DNA of 64,000 nucleotides from Alloascoidea hylecoeti. Lineage: Eukaryota. Position 1 is the stretch's first letter. Each line of letters begins with the position of its first letter. Location of the stretch: assembly GCA_001600815.1 (NCBI GenBank), contig BCKZ01000019.1, positions 435,981-499,980 on the forward strand. Direction: 5' to 3'. Positions 48,101 to 61,036 of the stretch are shown one piece after another. A model generated the notes under the pieces. It saw only the letters and a program-made list of their open reading frames with translations. It made no database searches and had not been told where the DNA came from. A program made the translations under genes and the position numbers.

Positions 48101-51100
48101 GTTTACAAAATTCAATTTTAATGTGGTCATATTGTAAAAAATGTAAGAATTCAACGCCTGTTGTGCCAATGTCAAAAACATCTTGGAATTATTCATTTGG
48201 AAAATATTTGGAATTGAGTTTTTGGAGCGAAAAAAATCATTTAAGAGCTGGTTTATGTGAGCATGATTTTTTCAAAGATCATGTTAGATATTTTGGATTA
48301 TATGATTTAGCTGTGAGGTTTGAAATTAGTGAAATTGATGTTTTGGAATTGAAAACACCAAATAGTATTATTACATGGCAGATTGAAAATGATATTCAAT
48401 TAAAATTAGATTTATTTAATTTAATTGCTTCAAAAACAATTGACTTTTATCAATCAATTGAAAATCGTTTAAATAGAGTTAAAATTGATGATCAATCAAT
48501 TGAAGTTAAAGCAAGAATTTTAGAATTGAAACAAAAATCAAATGATGAAATGAAAATCATTAAAGAAAATTTGAAAAATATTTATGAAATGACTGATGCT
48601 ACTGAACATTTGATTTTAAATTCAATAATCAGACAAATTCAGGATGCTGCTGTTATTTGGGATGGCATATTTTTGGAATTTGAACAAGAATTTTTACCTT
48701 CGGAGAAAGATATCACAAGGATTACGGCCTTTCAGCTGAAGAAACTTTTTACTGCCACGGATGATAAGAAGGAAAAGAAATTAAAAGAAAAAGAAAAAAA
48801 AGTAAAAATTGAAAAAGAATTAAAGGAGAAAGAATTAAAAGAAAAGGAAAAGGAAAAGGAATTAGAAATGGAAAAAGAGAAAGAACAGGAATCAGAAGAA
48901 AATGAAAAGAATGAAAATGAACTGAATAGTAATATTAATGATGATTCTAAAGATGAACAGAACAATAATAATCAAAATAATTCTAACGATGAACAGAACA
49001 GTATTAAAAACGACTCCCAAGAATACAAAGAAGAAATTATCGATCCAAAAGTTCCAATTGAAAATACATTTGTGTCACCTATAGCTTCATCTAATACCAA
49101 GACTCCAGCTTCAATATCTAATGATTCTAATGAAAACATATTAGAATCAATAGAATCTAAAATATTGGAACTTGAAAACAGCCCTAAGAAGAAACCGGTT
49201 TTATCACACGCCAACTCATCATCATCACCTCCTTTAACTATTAATTTATCTTCAAATAATAATGTTATACTACGTGGGAATCATAGAGTACTAGATGAAG
49301 TCGCTAAATTTGAACAAGAAAATAAAACAACGTCAAACATTAATAATATTACTATTAATGAAGTATTAGATTCTATTAATAATGTGGATATATTATCACA
49401 AACCAATTTAATACAACCATCAACTATTAAAAAAAGTAATATCCCAGTATTGATGCCATCATCCACATTATCATCAAATACTTCCATCCCAGCATTGCAA
49501 CATCAACCATCATCACCCCAAATCAATAATATTATTAATTCTTTACCTACACATCGTTCAACATCATCATTTAACAATGGTATATTTGAAGAAGCAAGTA
49601 ATAAAAAATCATCAATTCCAACAAGACCTGTACCGATCAATTCAAAATTTCAATCAAGATATGCCCAAATAGCAAGTACTAAACAACTTGAATTGCAATT
49701 AAGGCAAGGTAACTTAAAGCATGGTCGTGGTGGATTCGCACAATCTCATTTACCTACCTCTCCGCCCATGTCCCAAACAGGATCTGGGCCTCAACTACAA
49801 TTTAATACATCTGCAACAAATAAAGTATCTAAATTGGCAATATTTTTCGATAAAATTCACTATGATCAAATATCGAAGGAGTTTGAATTAGAGAGAGCTA
49901 GAGAAAGAAGAAGATTAAACGCTGAACGTTTTAGGGCTAATCCAGTTGCTTCTGCCAAACCTATAGTTGAAGTTTATAAAAACGTACAGGATGCTGTTGA
50001 GGATGCAGATGGAGAAGATGAAGTTGGTAGGAAAAAAAGTAATGTTGTTGATAAGCCGAAGAAACAGAGACTTAGAAATATGAATAAGGTTGGTAATGGT
50101 GAATCCACTCATTTATCAACTGATGATAAAGATAAATTATTGAATAATTCTCAAAAGGAAAGTAATAGTGGTAATGAAAATGAAAATGACGATGACGATG
50201 ACGATAATGATGACGATAATGATGAAAATGTAGATGAAAATCAAAATGAAAAAGAAAAGAAAGGGAATAAAAATATCATTGACAAAAATGAGAATTCTGC
50301 TGTAACTGATTTATTGGATAACAAACCTTATTACGAAACCTCGGACATAAATCCAGTTGATATACCTATTCAACCAGGGGAGGATAAAGGCAAACAAAAG
50401 GAAGAAACTCTTAGTGATTCCAATTTCAAATCCATGTCGGAATCTGATATCATTAGAGAATCCACAAGTTCAAGTAGCAATGTAAATACTAATGATTCGA
50501 CTCCATTATCAGAATTACCAATTCCAACAGAAAATGAAAAGACATCACTTATAAAAACTTTACAAAATTTTTGGGCCGATAGATCTGCAACAGGTTGGGA
50601 ACCATTAGCATATCCATTATCAACATCCGAGCATATATTTGTTGATTCTGATGTTATTGTAAGAGAAGATGAGCCAAGTTCATTGATTGCATTTTGCTTG
50701 TCATCTTTAGATTATAAAGAAAAGATCAGAAAAATTCAAGAACAGGAAGCAATTAATATAAATCAAAATTTTGGTTCCTCGGAGAATGCTAGTATAAATA
50801 ATAATAATACTACAGAAAATGAACTAGAACATATGATGCTAAAAAAAACTGGTACACATTTAAGGTATCAATTTCAAGAAGGTCAAACTTTGTTATCATG
50901 TAAAATATTTTTTTCAGAACAATTTCATTCATTTCGTCAACAATGCAATTGTGATTCGAAATTTATTCAAAGTCTCTCGCGATGTGTGAAATGGGATTCT
51001 ACTGGTGGTAAATCAGGATCAGCATTTCTAAAAACTTTGGATAATAGATTAGTTGTTAAGCAATTATCACATTCGGAATTGGATGCATTTGTTAAGTTTG

Positions 51101-51778
51101 CTCCTTCATATTTTGAATATATGGCACAGGCCTTTTTTCATGATTTACCAACAGTTATTGCAAAACTATTGGGATTTTATACTATTCAAATTAGAAATCC
51201 AATAACTGGTAAGAATTTTAAAATGGATGTTCTTGTTATGGAGAATTTATTTTATGATTGTAAGCCAAATCGAATTTTCGATCTAAAAGGTTCAATGAGG
51301 AATCGACATGTTGAACAAACAGGAAAGGCAAATGAAGTTTTATTGGATGAGAATATGGTTGAGTATATCTATGAATCACCATTATTCATAAGGGAAAGTG
51401 ATAAGAAGTTATTGAGAATCTCGTTATGGAACGATACATTATTTTTAGCCAAGATGAATGTTATGGATTACTCCTTGGTAATTGGAATTGATTCAAATAA
51501 TAAACAATTATTTGTGGGAATTATTGGCAAGTATATTAAAATAAAAAACAAGTTAAAAAAGAATGCTCAGACTAACTAAGAAAATAGATTGTATTCGAAC
51601 ATTCACGTGGGACAAGAAGCTGGAAAGTTGGGTTAAGGAAAAGGGATTGGTTGGAGGAGGTGGTGGAATTGAACCAACAGTAGTAACACCTCGGCAATAT
51701 AAAAATCGATTCAGAGAAGCTATGGAACAGTACATTTTGATGGTTCCTGATTGTTGGTATCAACAAAGTCAGCAATAA
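45163..51778 (+). CDS. FAB1: Phosphatidylinositol-3-phosphate 5-kinase Fab1/PIKfyve; last intron 51527-51587
   Basis: FYVE ([15 protein letters not shown]), CCT-like domain and kinase motifs ([33 protein letters not shown] after splicing). Start uncertain; MSYENS at 45163 is the likeliest ATG. Confidence 0.95.
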
Positions 51779-52108
51779 TTATCAATTTATTAAGGCTGAT
51801 ACAAAGTTTCTACTTAATTTCGGCCCCTTTTAATGAGTAATTATCGGCCATCTGCTTCATTATTCAAACATTTCTGTAGTAAACAGAGCTTTATATGTTT
51901 ACACCTCAAACTTATAAATATCCATAGGCATAGTTAATTAATTATGTACCGGTATAGTAATTATAGAGGTGTCAGGAGTGGCCGAAATGAGGTGGACACA
52001 ATAAGGTTTGTAGAGTTAATTAAGGTTAGCAGTCATGTGCGCGAAAAGACATCGCAATAATAATTTTCAGGCATCCATAATGTTTTTTTTGCATTGGATT
52101 CGTGAGAA

Positions 52109-54073
52109 ATGCAGCTTTTTTCGCACTTAACACACTCGCGGCAGCATCAGACGGCCCCGCCCTCAGAAGCTCCATTTGAGCTGGCTATTGATATTGAGTC
52201 TCCGCCGGCTATTTTGTACGGGCCTCCTACAGACTCCTCAGGGGCCCTTATTTCGGGTCTCCTGACGATGACCATTCCTACTCACACAGAGGCTTTTACG
52301 GAGCCTCTTACGGACCCAGATTTCCCCCTGATATCTGTCCGGTTGGCCTTAAAGCAGTGGGTCACTTATAAAAGGCCGTATGTGCCAACATCCTCCACGA
52401 TTGTCGGTTGCCACAACTGCTGCCATAAGTCAACGGAACTGGCTCGATGGGATATTGTTGACGAGCCAATTCAAATCCACAGAGGGAAACACGAATACCT
52501 CTTTTCCCATTTATTACCGGGATCGATACCCGCAACGGCAAAAATTGGTCTCACCGGCTCTTCGATCAGGTATGAATTGATTGCAACTGCCGTTGGCTCT
52601 TCGAAAAGATCAACTGTCAACGTACGGCTACCGATCCGAGTGTCAAGATCGATCATAAAGGGCCCTGATAAAAATTCCTTGAGAATATTCCCTCCAACTG
52701 ATATGACGGCAGATACAACCTTACCAAGTGTTATTTATCCCAAATCAACTTTTAATTTCGAAATGAGAATAAATAATATTTCAAAAAGTGATCCAGGTGA
52801 TCCAAATCCGGATGCAGATAAAAAGAGATGGAGATTGAGAAAACTATCATGGAAAATAAACGAAGTGATCAAAGTTAAAGCTGTTTCTTGTGAAAAACAC
52901 GCTTCTAAGTTATCCCATTTAGAAAATGTTGCTCATGCCCAGAAGACTAAAGATCAAAAGGGTAAAAGAAAGAGTGCCCTCTTTAATATTGGTAGTAATA
53001 ATCAGAGTGCTGAAAATACACCTGAATTCACTGCTTTGTCCACTGCCATCTCGTCACAGTCTACACAATCTATTCCATCAGTAAGAAACAACAGTAGATC
53101 GTCGCAATCTATACTTCCAATGGCATCGGCTACTAGTACTTCTGGAACTTCCATTTCCACTCCTTTATCACCCGCAGTTGAAGATTCTCTAACACCTGCT
53201 ATAACTCCGATAGATAAATCCATTTATATCGAAGAAACTCGTCATATAGCAAGGGGGGAATTGAAAAAGGGTTGGAAAACAGATTTTACAGGGGATGGTA
53301 AGTGTGAGATAATGGATGCTTTTGATTTGATAAATACATCAACTGGTCCAACAAAACATATAACACACGCTTCTTCAAAACAACCATTAAAGGAAGACGC
53401 TTTTTCACAAGCAGGTACAAATGTTTGTTGTGATTTACAAGACCCTGAATTGGGTATATATGTTAAACATATTCTTATTGTTGAATTGATTGTTGCTGAA
53501 GAAGAGCTTCAATCAAGATTAGACTTAGGCTTACCAGCAACTAAAAGCTCAGTTCATACACGAAATTCAGCTGATGACAGATTAGCGGAGCTTTCTCCTG
53601 CATTTGCAGCAACTGCACGGGCTCCTCACACTCGCGATCGTACTTCGACATCGGAAACGCCATCGGGTTCGAATTCTCATTCAAAAGAAGAGTATATTGG
53701 TATTCCAAGTGGAGCGGCTCGCATCTTACGAATGCAATATAATGTAAATTTGACCGAAAGAGGTGGTCTTGGAATAGCATGGGATGATGAAGTTCCACCG
53801 ACATACCAAGATGTCCAAGCTTTGTCACCTCCTTGTTATGTTGAGAGTATTTCCAACACACCTGCTCTAACACCGCTTATGACTCCATTGGCAACTCCAT
53901 TGGCGACTCCATCACAATCCAGACTCCATAATCCTTTACATCATTCAACTCCTGGTGTATTATACGGTGTTGGTACAACTCCTGGTTTCACTCCATTCAT
54001 AGGAGGAAATAATACTGCTGGTAATAGCATTGATGAACAATTAAACGACGAATTTCAAGAATTACGATTATAA
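52109..54073 (+). CDS. LDB19: Arrestin-related trafficking adaptor Ldb19/Art1
   Basis: IESPPAILYG..SGALISG, FSHLLPGSIPAT, LRIFPPT, WRLRKLSW, GWKTDF, GAARILRMQ and GLGIAWDDEVPPTY. Confidence 0.92.
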   Translation: MQLFSHLTHSRQHQTAPPSEAPFELAIDIESPPAILYGPPTDSSGALISGLLTMTIPTHTEAFTEPLTDPDFPLISVRLALKQWVTYKRPYVPTSSTIVGCHNCCHKSTELARWDIVDEPIQIHRGKHEYLFSHLLPGSIPATAKIGLTGSSIRYELIATAVGSSKRSTVNVRLPIRVSRSIIKGPDKNSLRIFPPTDMTADTTLPSVIYPKSTFNFEMRINNISKSDPGDPNPDADKKRWRLRKLSWKINEVIKVKAVSCEKHASKLSHLENVAHAQKTKDQKGKRKSALFNIGSNNQSAENTPEFTALSTAISSQSTQSIPSVRNNSRSSQSILPMASATSTSGTSISTPLSPAVEDSLTPAITPIDKSIYIEETRHIARGELKKGWKTDFTGDGKCEIMDAFDLINTSTGPTKHITHASSKQPLKEDAFSQAGTNVCCDLQDPELGIYVKHILIVELIVAEEELQSRLDLGLPATKSSVHTRNSADDRLAELSPAFAATARAPHTRDRTSTSETPSGSNSHSKEEYIGIPSGAARILRMQYNVNLTERGGLGIAWDDEVPPTYQDVQALSPPCYVESISNTPALTPLMTPLATPLATPSQSRLHNPLHHSTPGVLYGVGTTPGFTPFIGGNNTAGNSIDEQLNDEFQELRL

Positions 54074-54358
54074 ACATTACTTAGTGGGAAAACTATGGAA
54101 GAATTGAACTTTTTTCTCTTTTTATTTGGCAAGATCTAGATATATCGATGTTCTGTTTTTTTTCTTTCTTTGCTTTATATTATAACTTATAACTAATCAT
54201 AATCGTTACATTTTTTCATGATATAAAATCATTTTTATGGTATATTACTATTGGAGCTATATCTAGAGATTCATAAGCTTTGACGTGTACACTACTTCCT
54301 CATCCGGATACTGGGACAATCTTCCTGGCCTTGTGGGGAAGATCTAGAGTCTGTGCCC

Positions 54359-54370
54359 GGGAATCGAACC
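54359..54370 (-). promoter_or_regulatory. Isolated RNA Pol III B-box (GGTTCGATTCCC), no cloverleaf
   Basis: Plus strand gggaatcgaacc; the flanks cannot form a T-stem or acceptor stem. Confidence 0.4.
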
Positions 54371-54540
54371 TACCCACCCACACTGGTTGCGTTGTGGAGC
54401 GTTACCCCCACAACCTCCGTTACGTGACAGTAATGATCACATAACAATGAACTCCGGTGCACGTGCCTAGATCAAAATCAAGCAAACTTTATAGATCTGG
54501 AGATGTCGTCCCTTTAAACTTATAATTATAGATAAGAATA

Positions 54541-55692
54541 ATGCTCGCTTCTTCGCCTTCTCCTCCTCAGCATCGCAACACCTCATCGGGTTCTCCCAAA
54601 AAGAACCGTCCTTTAAAACAGATCAATTATATTCCTACTAAAGAACTCACGTATGAAACACCTGGTCCTGGTTCGATCCTACAGTTCACATATGGCAAAA
54701 TTGAACTTCCAATTGATCCAAATAGCGTCGTAATAAAAGTTAAAACTGCTGCTTTAAATCCATTTGATATTAAAATGAAAAACTCTCAGTTAATGTGGGC
54801 TATACCTGGTGATAAAGGAATCGGAAAAGATTATTGTGGCGAAATTGTCGAAGTTGGTGAAAATCTTAGATCAGCTTATAATGTTGGTGATTATGTCTGC
54901 GGCATGTATTTAAAGCAAGGCTCCGGTACAATTCGTTCACATATTGTTGTGAATCCAAAAACTGACAGATTCGCTCCTCAGCCATCAAATCTTACTTATG
55001 CCGAAGCTGCTGCCTGGCCCTTAACTTTTGGTACTGCTTATCTAAGTTTAGCTCATGTTAATTTTAAAAATTATGATTACTCAAGTATATTAATCTTAGG
55101 AGGTACTACTGCTGTTGGAATCATGGCTATTCAATTAGCTAAACGCCATTTTATGATTGATAATGTTGTTGTTACTTGTTCTCATCAAGGTGAAGAATTA
55201 TCTGTTACACTTGGTGCCGATAAATGTATTAATTATCGTGAAGATCAAAATGGTGATCTATCTGATTATATAGAAAGAGAAGCGCCAAACAAGAAAAAAT
55301 TTGATCTTATTTTGGATTGTATTGGTGGTAATGAAATTTTCAATATTTGTGATAAAATTTTGGAGCCGAGTAAAAATGGTTCTGCATTTGTTACACTAGT
55401 TGGTGATAATAAAAGTAATTTTGAGGCACTTGGTGGTCCAGCCGGTTATTTTTATCAACCATCAATGATCGGAAGAAAACTCTTTGGTGGCTTATGGGGT
55501 ATGAATTATATTTCTCAGACTGTTAGTCATGGTGATTGGATTGATCTTGGTGTTGAATTATTACAAGCGGGGAAAATTAAAGTGATCATTGATTCAGAGT
55601 ATGACTGGATTGACTTTCAAAAAGCAATTGATAAACTTGTGTCTAATCATGCTAGGGGAAAGATTATTTTAAGAATTGAAAATTTCGCTTAG
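54541..55692 (+). CDS. MDR-family NADPH quinone/enoyl reductase-like protein (Yim1/Ast1 group)
   Basis: AALNPFD, GKDYCGEI, EAAAWPLTFGTA, LILGGTTAVG, FDLILDCIG and ARGKII. Confidence 0.85.
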   Translation: MLASSPSPPQHRNTSSGSPKKNRPLKQINYIPTKELTYETPGPGSILQFTYGKIELPIDPNSVVIKVKTAALNPFDIKMKNSQLMWAIPGDKGIGKDYCGEIVEVGENLRSAYNVGDYVCGMYLKQGSGTIRSHIVVNPKTDRFAPQPSNLTYAEAAAWPLTFGTAYLSLAHVNFKNYDYSSILILGGTTAVGIMAIQLAKRHFMIDNVVVTCSHQGEELSVTLGADKCINYREDQNGDLSDYIEREAPNKKKFDLILDCIGGNEIFNICDKILEPSKNGSAFVTLVGDNKSNFEALGGPAGYFYQPSMIGRKLFGGLWGMNYISQTVSHGDWIDLGVELLQAGKIKVIIDSEYDWIDFQKAIDKLVSNHARGKIILRIENFA

Positions 55693-57080
55693 TTAGTCTA
55701 ATATAAATATATTTTAAGTTACTATGCATATACCAAATATCAAATCTAGCTATAAGGTATACTTTATTAAGGAAATCAAATATTTCCGCCGTTGGTTAAC
55801 TTCGACAACGGGATAAAAAGAAACAATATATACGTATAGAAGTTTATAGATGAAATATTAACGGCATATAACAAATGCATATGATATATGTGAACTGAAA
55901 ATTCGGTAAAAGGTTTAATATTCCTCAAGTACGAATTCGAGCATATAATATACCCTTTCGCTGTTAATTAAGTGAATCATATTTCTTTCTCAAAACTATC
56001 TTGGCCTATCAATCAGGCTTTTCTGATTTTGTAATTATAGTTGGCGCCGATTACAACACTCTTCTAGTTCGGTTTATCGTTAATATGTTAGTTGGTGAAT
56101 TTAGTATTAGAAAGTTAGTTACAATTGAATAATGTGAATATCATCGTAATTTCGTAGGTTTGGTATTACAGGTCCGGTATTCATTGAAAGTTTGGAATAT
56201 TAATCTTTGTCGGCAAATGGAACAGGAAGTTTCCTGTAATAATCAGAGGACCTAATTACCTATAACATGATATAAATTCACAGAAGACTATAGCCTATAT
56301 AGCTATTTTCTGGAAAACATTAAAATTCTTCCAAATAATCAGTTTTTTATTATTCATACCAAATTCATAGCTTTTTATTCTTTATAAAAAATCTATATTT
56401 TTTAGAAAAATAAAATACTAACCTCTGAAATATTGAAAATTACTGAAATATTATATTCCAATGGGTCACAGGACCCAATTTTGCTTGATGCTGAAATTTT
56501 TATGAACATAAAATCTTAATTAAAGGTGAAATTTTCAAGGAAATATTACTAAATAAAATACCAGTAATGTTTCCTATATATCTACATGTATGTATCACTA
56601 GAGATATCTTTTATTGTTACAAATGCAATTGACTATTCTATGTATATGGTATATGCATATGAATTTTACTCTTAAAGTGGGAGAATAGCCCATTTGAGAA
56701 ACAGATCAATGGTAATTAACATACAAATGATATTAATAGTCAAATGAATGTACCATATTGGTATGGCTTATAGATTATTCATGTTGATTGTTTGAGAAAT
56801 CTCACTCTTTGAAGTGTGCCCTTGGCAATCTAACACCTCCTTAGTTTTCATTAAAGAATTAAAGAATCACATACTTTCTAATCAGTGCTTTTCTTTTGTG
56901 TTAGTTGCTAAATTTGCTGGATCATTAACCTCACTGTTAAATAAGTTCAATTATATCTACCTCGAGATCTAAACCCCAGCTACATCTGCAGCCGTACATT
57001 TTAATTTTTATCTCATTTAAAACCTTCCCCAGAATAATATATTACACACAAAAAGAACATTACACCAAACATACTTTTAG

Positions 57081-57512
57081 ATGTCTGATGACTACCAAAC
57101 AATCGCATCGTCCGAGGTAATAGTAATTGCAGGAGACAGAGCCAGAATTCAAACTAACCGCGGTGCCGCCAATGTCTCTGACTACATGAAGACAGCGATT
57201 TCTAATTGCACTCCTAGCGCTGATACTCTTCCGCTTGTTCATATAAACCATATTGAAGGCCAAATATTGAGGAAGGTGATCGAATGGTGTGAATACCACC
57301 AATACTACATAAACATGGTTATGCAACCACAAGATATAATTAACGAGAGGGATGAATGGAATAGCAGTTTTTTTGCTGGTATGAATCATGAAACATTGCA
57401 GCTTATCTTTTTCTCAGCAGACTATTTATGCATCGAGCATTTAATGAATGCTACATACAGGGTACTTCAACGAAGGATTGCCACAGATGTGGAAAGCCAC
57501 AATGATAATTAA
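57081..57512 (+). CDS. Divergent Skp1 paralogue lacking the C-terminal F-box-binding helices
   Basis: LRKVIEWCEYH, DEWNSSFF and LIFFSADYLCIEHLM match the Skp1 core; the ORF stops before the GKxPEEIR..FNI segment. Confidence 0.8.
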   Translation: MSDDYQTIASSEVIVIAGDRARIQTNRGAANVSDYMKTAISNCTPSADTLPLVHINHIEGQILRKVIEWCEYHQYYINMVMQPQDIINERDEWNSSFFAGMNHETLQLIFFSADYLCIEHLMNATYRVLQRRIATDVESHNDN

Positions 57513-58414
57513 AAAACGAAGATACTCCTTGATATACATGTTCCAATTACAAAATTACGATGAAGATTAGGATAAAGTTAAGGCCATGCATATGAGAACC
57601 ACCAAGATGTCTTTTCCATGGTCATCGATATATATCAATATCGTTAATATTTTACAATTTATTTTTATACCAATGCTATTAACTACCAAACTAAATGTAA
57701 TGATATTCATTTTCATATTACTTAATATTGTTAATTTTATGTATATTTTTAACAAATGAAAGTGACTGAAATTCTATATAAGGTGCTTTGACTTTGTGTA
57801 TAATAATAAAGGCGGACAGTGTCGATTATCAGATATTGATATATGCATACTTAGTTATAAGATTAGTATTTTTTTTTCGGCTGTAGTTACATATCTTTTT
57901 TGTACTTCCTTTGTAATGCGATCAAGTAATTTTCTATAACTGGTATTTTCCAGGCTAGACTCCTCTAATAATACTACTCTTTGGTTGAATCTGAATCCTT
58001 ATTAGGAACTAGAGGTTATATCCAGATCTGATCATTAGTTAGTTACTGTGGTAAAAGAGACCTATACACTTCATACAAAATCAGCTATCCGCTTGGAACA
58101 TATCAATAACTAGGTATAAGCTTTAAGGTTACAATACTAACGTCATTGCAATACATCTCCTTTTGTATCTTCATTATGATTAAATATACAGATTGTTTTG
58201 AAATTGTTGGTTTTATAAAATATAATTCGAAATTTATAATTAAAAAAGCACGATCAATGAATTCAATAGATTGAGAAGTGGTCACATGACTACCGCTAGA
58301 ATTAACTTTGTGTGAGGAACTTCGGAGATCTCGCGTTTGCTATAAGACTGTTTTTGGTATAATTTACATAATCTAAAGCAGTGGTCTTGCCGACATGTTA
58401 TTTTACCAATTATA

Positions 58415-61036
58415 ATGTCAACTAAACCTCCAAGAAAGCAATATGCTTGTGTTATTTGCAGAAGACGACGAACAAAAGTATATTTTATCTATTGGTTTTC
58501 TGTAGGAATCAGTTACTAACTAATTATATAGTGCGATAGACAGAAACCACATTGTACACGATGTATTAAGCTTGGATTCGCTCATCTTTGTTTATACAGG
58601 GACAAACGATTAAAGGAAGTAAATGCTGATGAAACAAAGATGCATCATCTAAATTTGTTCGAGATGGAATTATCTTCACGAAACGCAATACTTAAAAGCC
58701 AGATTAAAATTAAAAAAAAAGAGTTGCGACGCACGAAGAAGAGGAGGTCTACTAATAATATTAAGCCATCTGGGAACTCTATTAGCAACCTCGAAAATGA
58801 TCCTATTATGGAATTGACCGAAAGTATTAATTCTTTAAATATTGAAAAGGATTACGCTACACATTTTGGTGCAACAGGCAGATTGAGCATTATAACAAAA
58901 GATCCTATATTGGCACAGGTTTATTCTTCAACAAATTCCGATATTATTATTAAATCTACTGATACTAAAAAGAAGATTGAGCCGGACCCTATTTATGGTC
59001 CAACAGTTGGATTACAATCGATTTTACATCGAATATATGAAATTATTCCTTCGGTAGATCATTGCAAGATTATTGTCAAGTATTATTGGTTTTACTTTGA
59101 TGTTATGTGGAATGTCGTTGATTATGAACCTTTTACCACCATATTGAAGAATATTAGTTCAATCATAATTGATGATAATGGAATTGCACGATATAGGTTC
59201 GGATTTCCAGATTTGCAATTTAATGATAGCGAGTTAATCAGTCTAGCAACTTTTCTGTTCATATTAAGAATAGGATATTTAACAATGCCAATTGCCAATC
59301 GTAAAGATAACATTTCCAATAACAATTCTAGTTGCTTAGATGATTTTTTCGAGCCTCTGATAGAAAATAATATTTCAATTGGCCCTGAATTTATGACATT
59401 ATCACAAAATCTTTTATCTTATATTAATATGACAAAAGTAAGAAAAATCTTTGATTTACAATTATTGCAATATTTTATTTGCATGCGATTGTATCATTTA
59501 CATGCACCTGAAGATGGAGATGGGGTTGATGCCGACGAAAGTACTATTTTACTGGGAAGAACAACCCGTTTAGCTATGGAGATGGGTATTCACAGAGATC
59601 CGGATTCAACGGGAATAATATTTGATGAAGACTTTAAATATAAATGGAGAAAAACGTGGTGTTTTATACTTGCAATCGATGCAATGCAAGCTTCAAACTT
59701 GGGTAGACCTACTACTATAAGTCGCGATTATACGGACACAAAACAAATACAAGAATCACATATTCATGACCCATCTCTCTATAAAATTACTGGATCATCA
59801 TTATATGGCATCAAAAAACTAAAAAGGAGTGCTGAGGTGCTCAATTTTTTATATGATGAGAGTCAATATCTAGCAGATGGAGCCTGTATTTGGATGAATT
59901 TAAAAGAAAAGCCGCGAAGATCATCAGTTGAAAGTATCGTTGTTAATATATTAAATACATTGAAAGACCGATTTCCACGATTATCTGAATCATTTAATAA
60001 GTCATTCAAACCTCCTGAAGAGATTGGTTTTAAGTCTAAAGTTAATCCATATACTGATAAACCAATTAAAAAATTGATTGATGATGGTGACTTTAAAATG
60101 AAGGTTTTATCAAATGCCCATAAGACACAGCAATTACTATTGGAGTGTGTTGTAATACTACAACTTCATATTCATTACTACCTATTATTTTTGAATACTG
60201 ATCAAAAAATTGAACCTAGCATGTGCCAGCATTATCTTTTACAAGCAGAGATTTCCGCAAGCTTGGTATTTTATTGCGCTCTCAATTTATTTAATTTAAC
60301 TTGTTCTGATTATAACTCACTAGACAAATTTGGGATTGGGGTTGAAGCTAGAAATTTAATATTACCTCAAATAATATTACCTTTGTACCGACTTGTTCCA
60401 TTTATAATCTCATTAATATTAAGAAGTCAGACAGATGAGTTCCAAGCGGAATTAACATTACACAATTTATTTAAATCGCATCCTTATTTTTCTTCCATGA
60501 CGACAATTTCTAATATATTGGGAAATAACAATATATATAGAATCAGTTGCAATTCTCCTAACATATATTCATACCTGCCGAATGAAGTATATGAATGCTT
60601 GAAAAAGCCTTTAATTGTCTATTTTCAAGAGTATTATGAATTACTTCTTAAATATCCTGAAAGATTTGGACAAAAATCTAACGAGATTTATTCAACGTGG
60701 AATAAAATGAAGAAAATTTATAAGAAAAATGATAATGGATCACCAGTAATTAACGTACCTGATCTTCCAATTCCGTTTAAGCATGAATTTGAAAGTGGGA
60801 ATATTAATAGTTCTTCTGCCTATACAATGAATGGTAATTTAACACCGTTTCAAAATTTAAACGATATCGATATTAATTTAAATCCCCAATATCTTAACTA
60901 CGGTGGCAGTCAGGATATCAATGCAACTGATGAGCTAATGGATATTACAATGTTAAATGATCTATTCCCTAATGATTTATTCTTTGAAAGTCTCCGTTAT
61001 GATTCAGTCATGAATGATATGTTTGATTATAATTAA
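58415..61036 (+). CDS. Zn(II)2Cys6 transcription factor with fungal TF middle homology region; exons 58415-58477 and 58532-61036
   Basis: MSTKPPRKQYACVICRRRRTK / CDRQKPHCTRCIKLGFAHLCLY after removing intron 58478-58531 (GTATAT..TACTAAC..TAG); AMEMGIHRDP and WRKTW..D motifs. Confidence 0.92.

Noticed and set aside
54345..54420. tRNA gene suggested by GGTTCGATTCCC
   Set aside because: No T-stem, acceptor stem or A-box/D-arm can be formed; kept only as a lone B-box.
56462..56477. Palindrome TGGGTCACAGGACCCA reminiscent of transposon subterminal motifs
   Set aside because: Only a 6-bp stem, with no matching terminal repeats or target duplication nearby.
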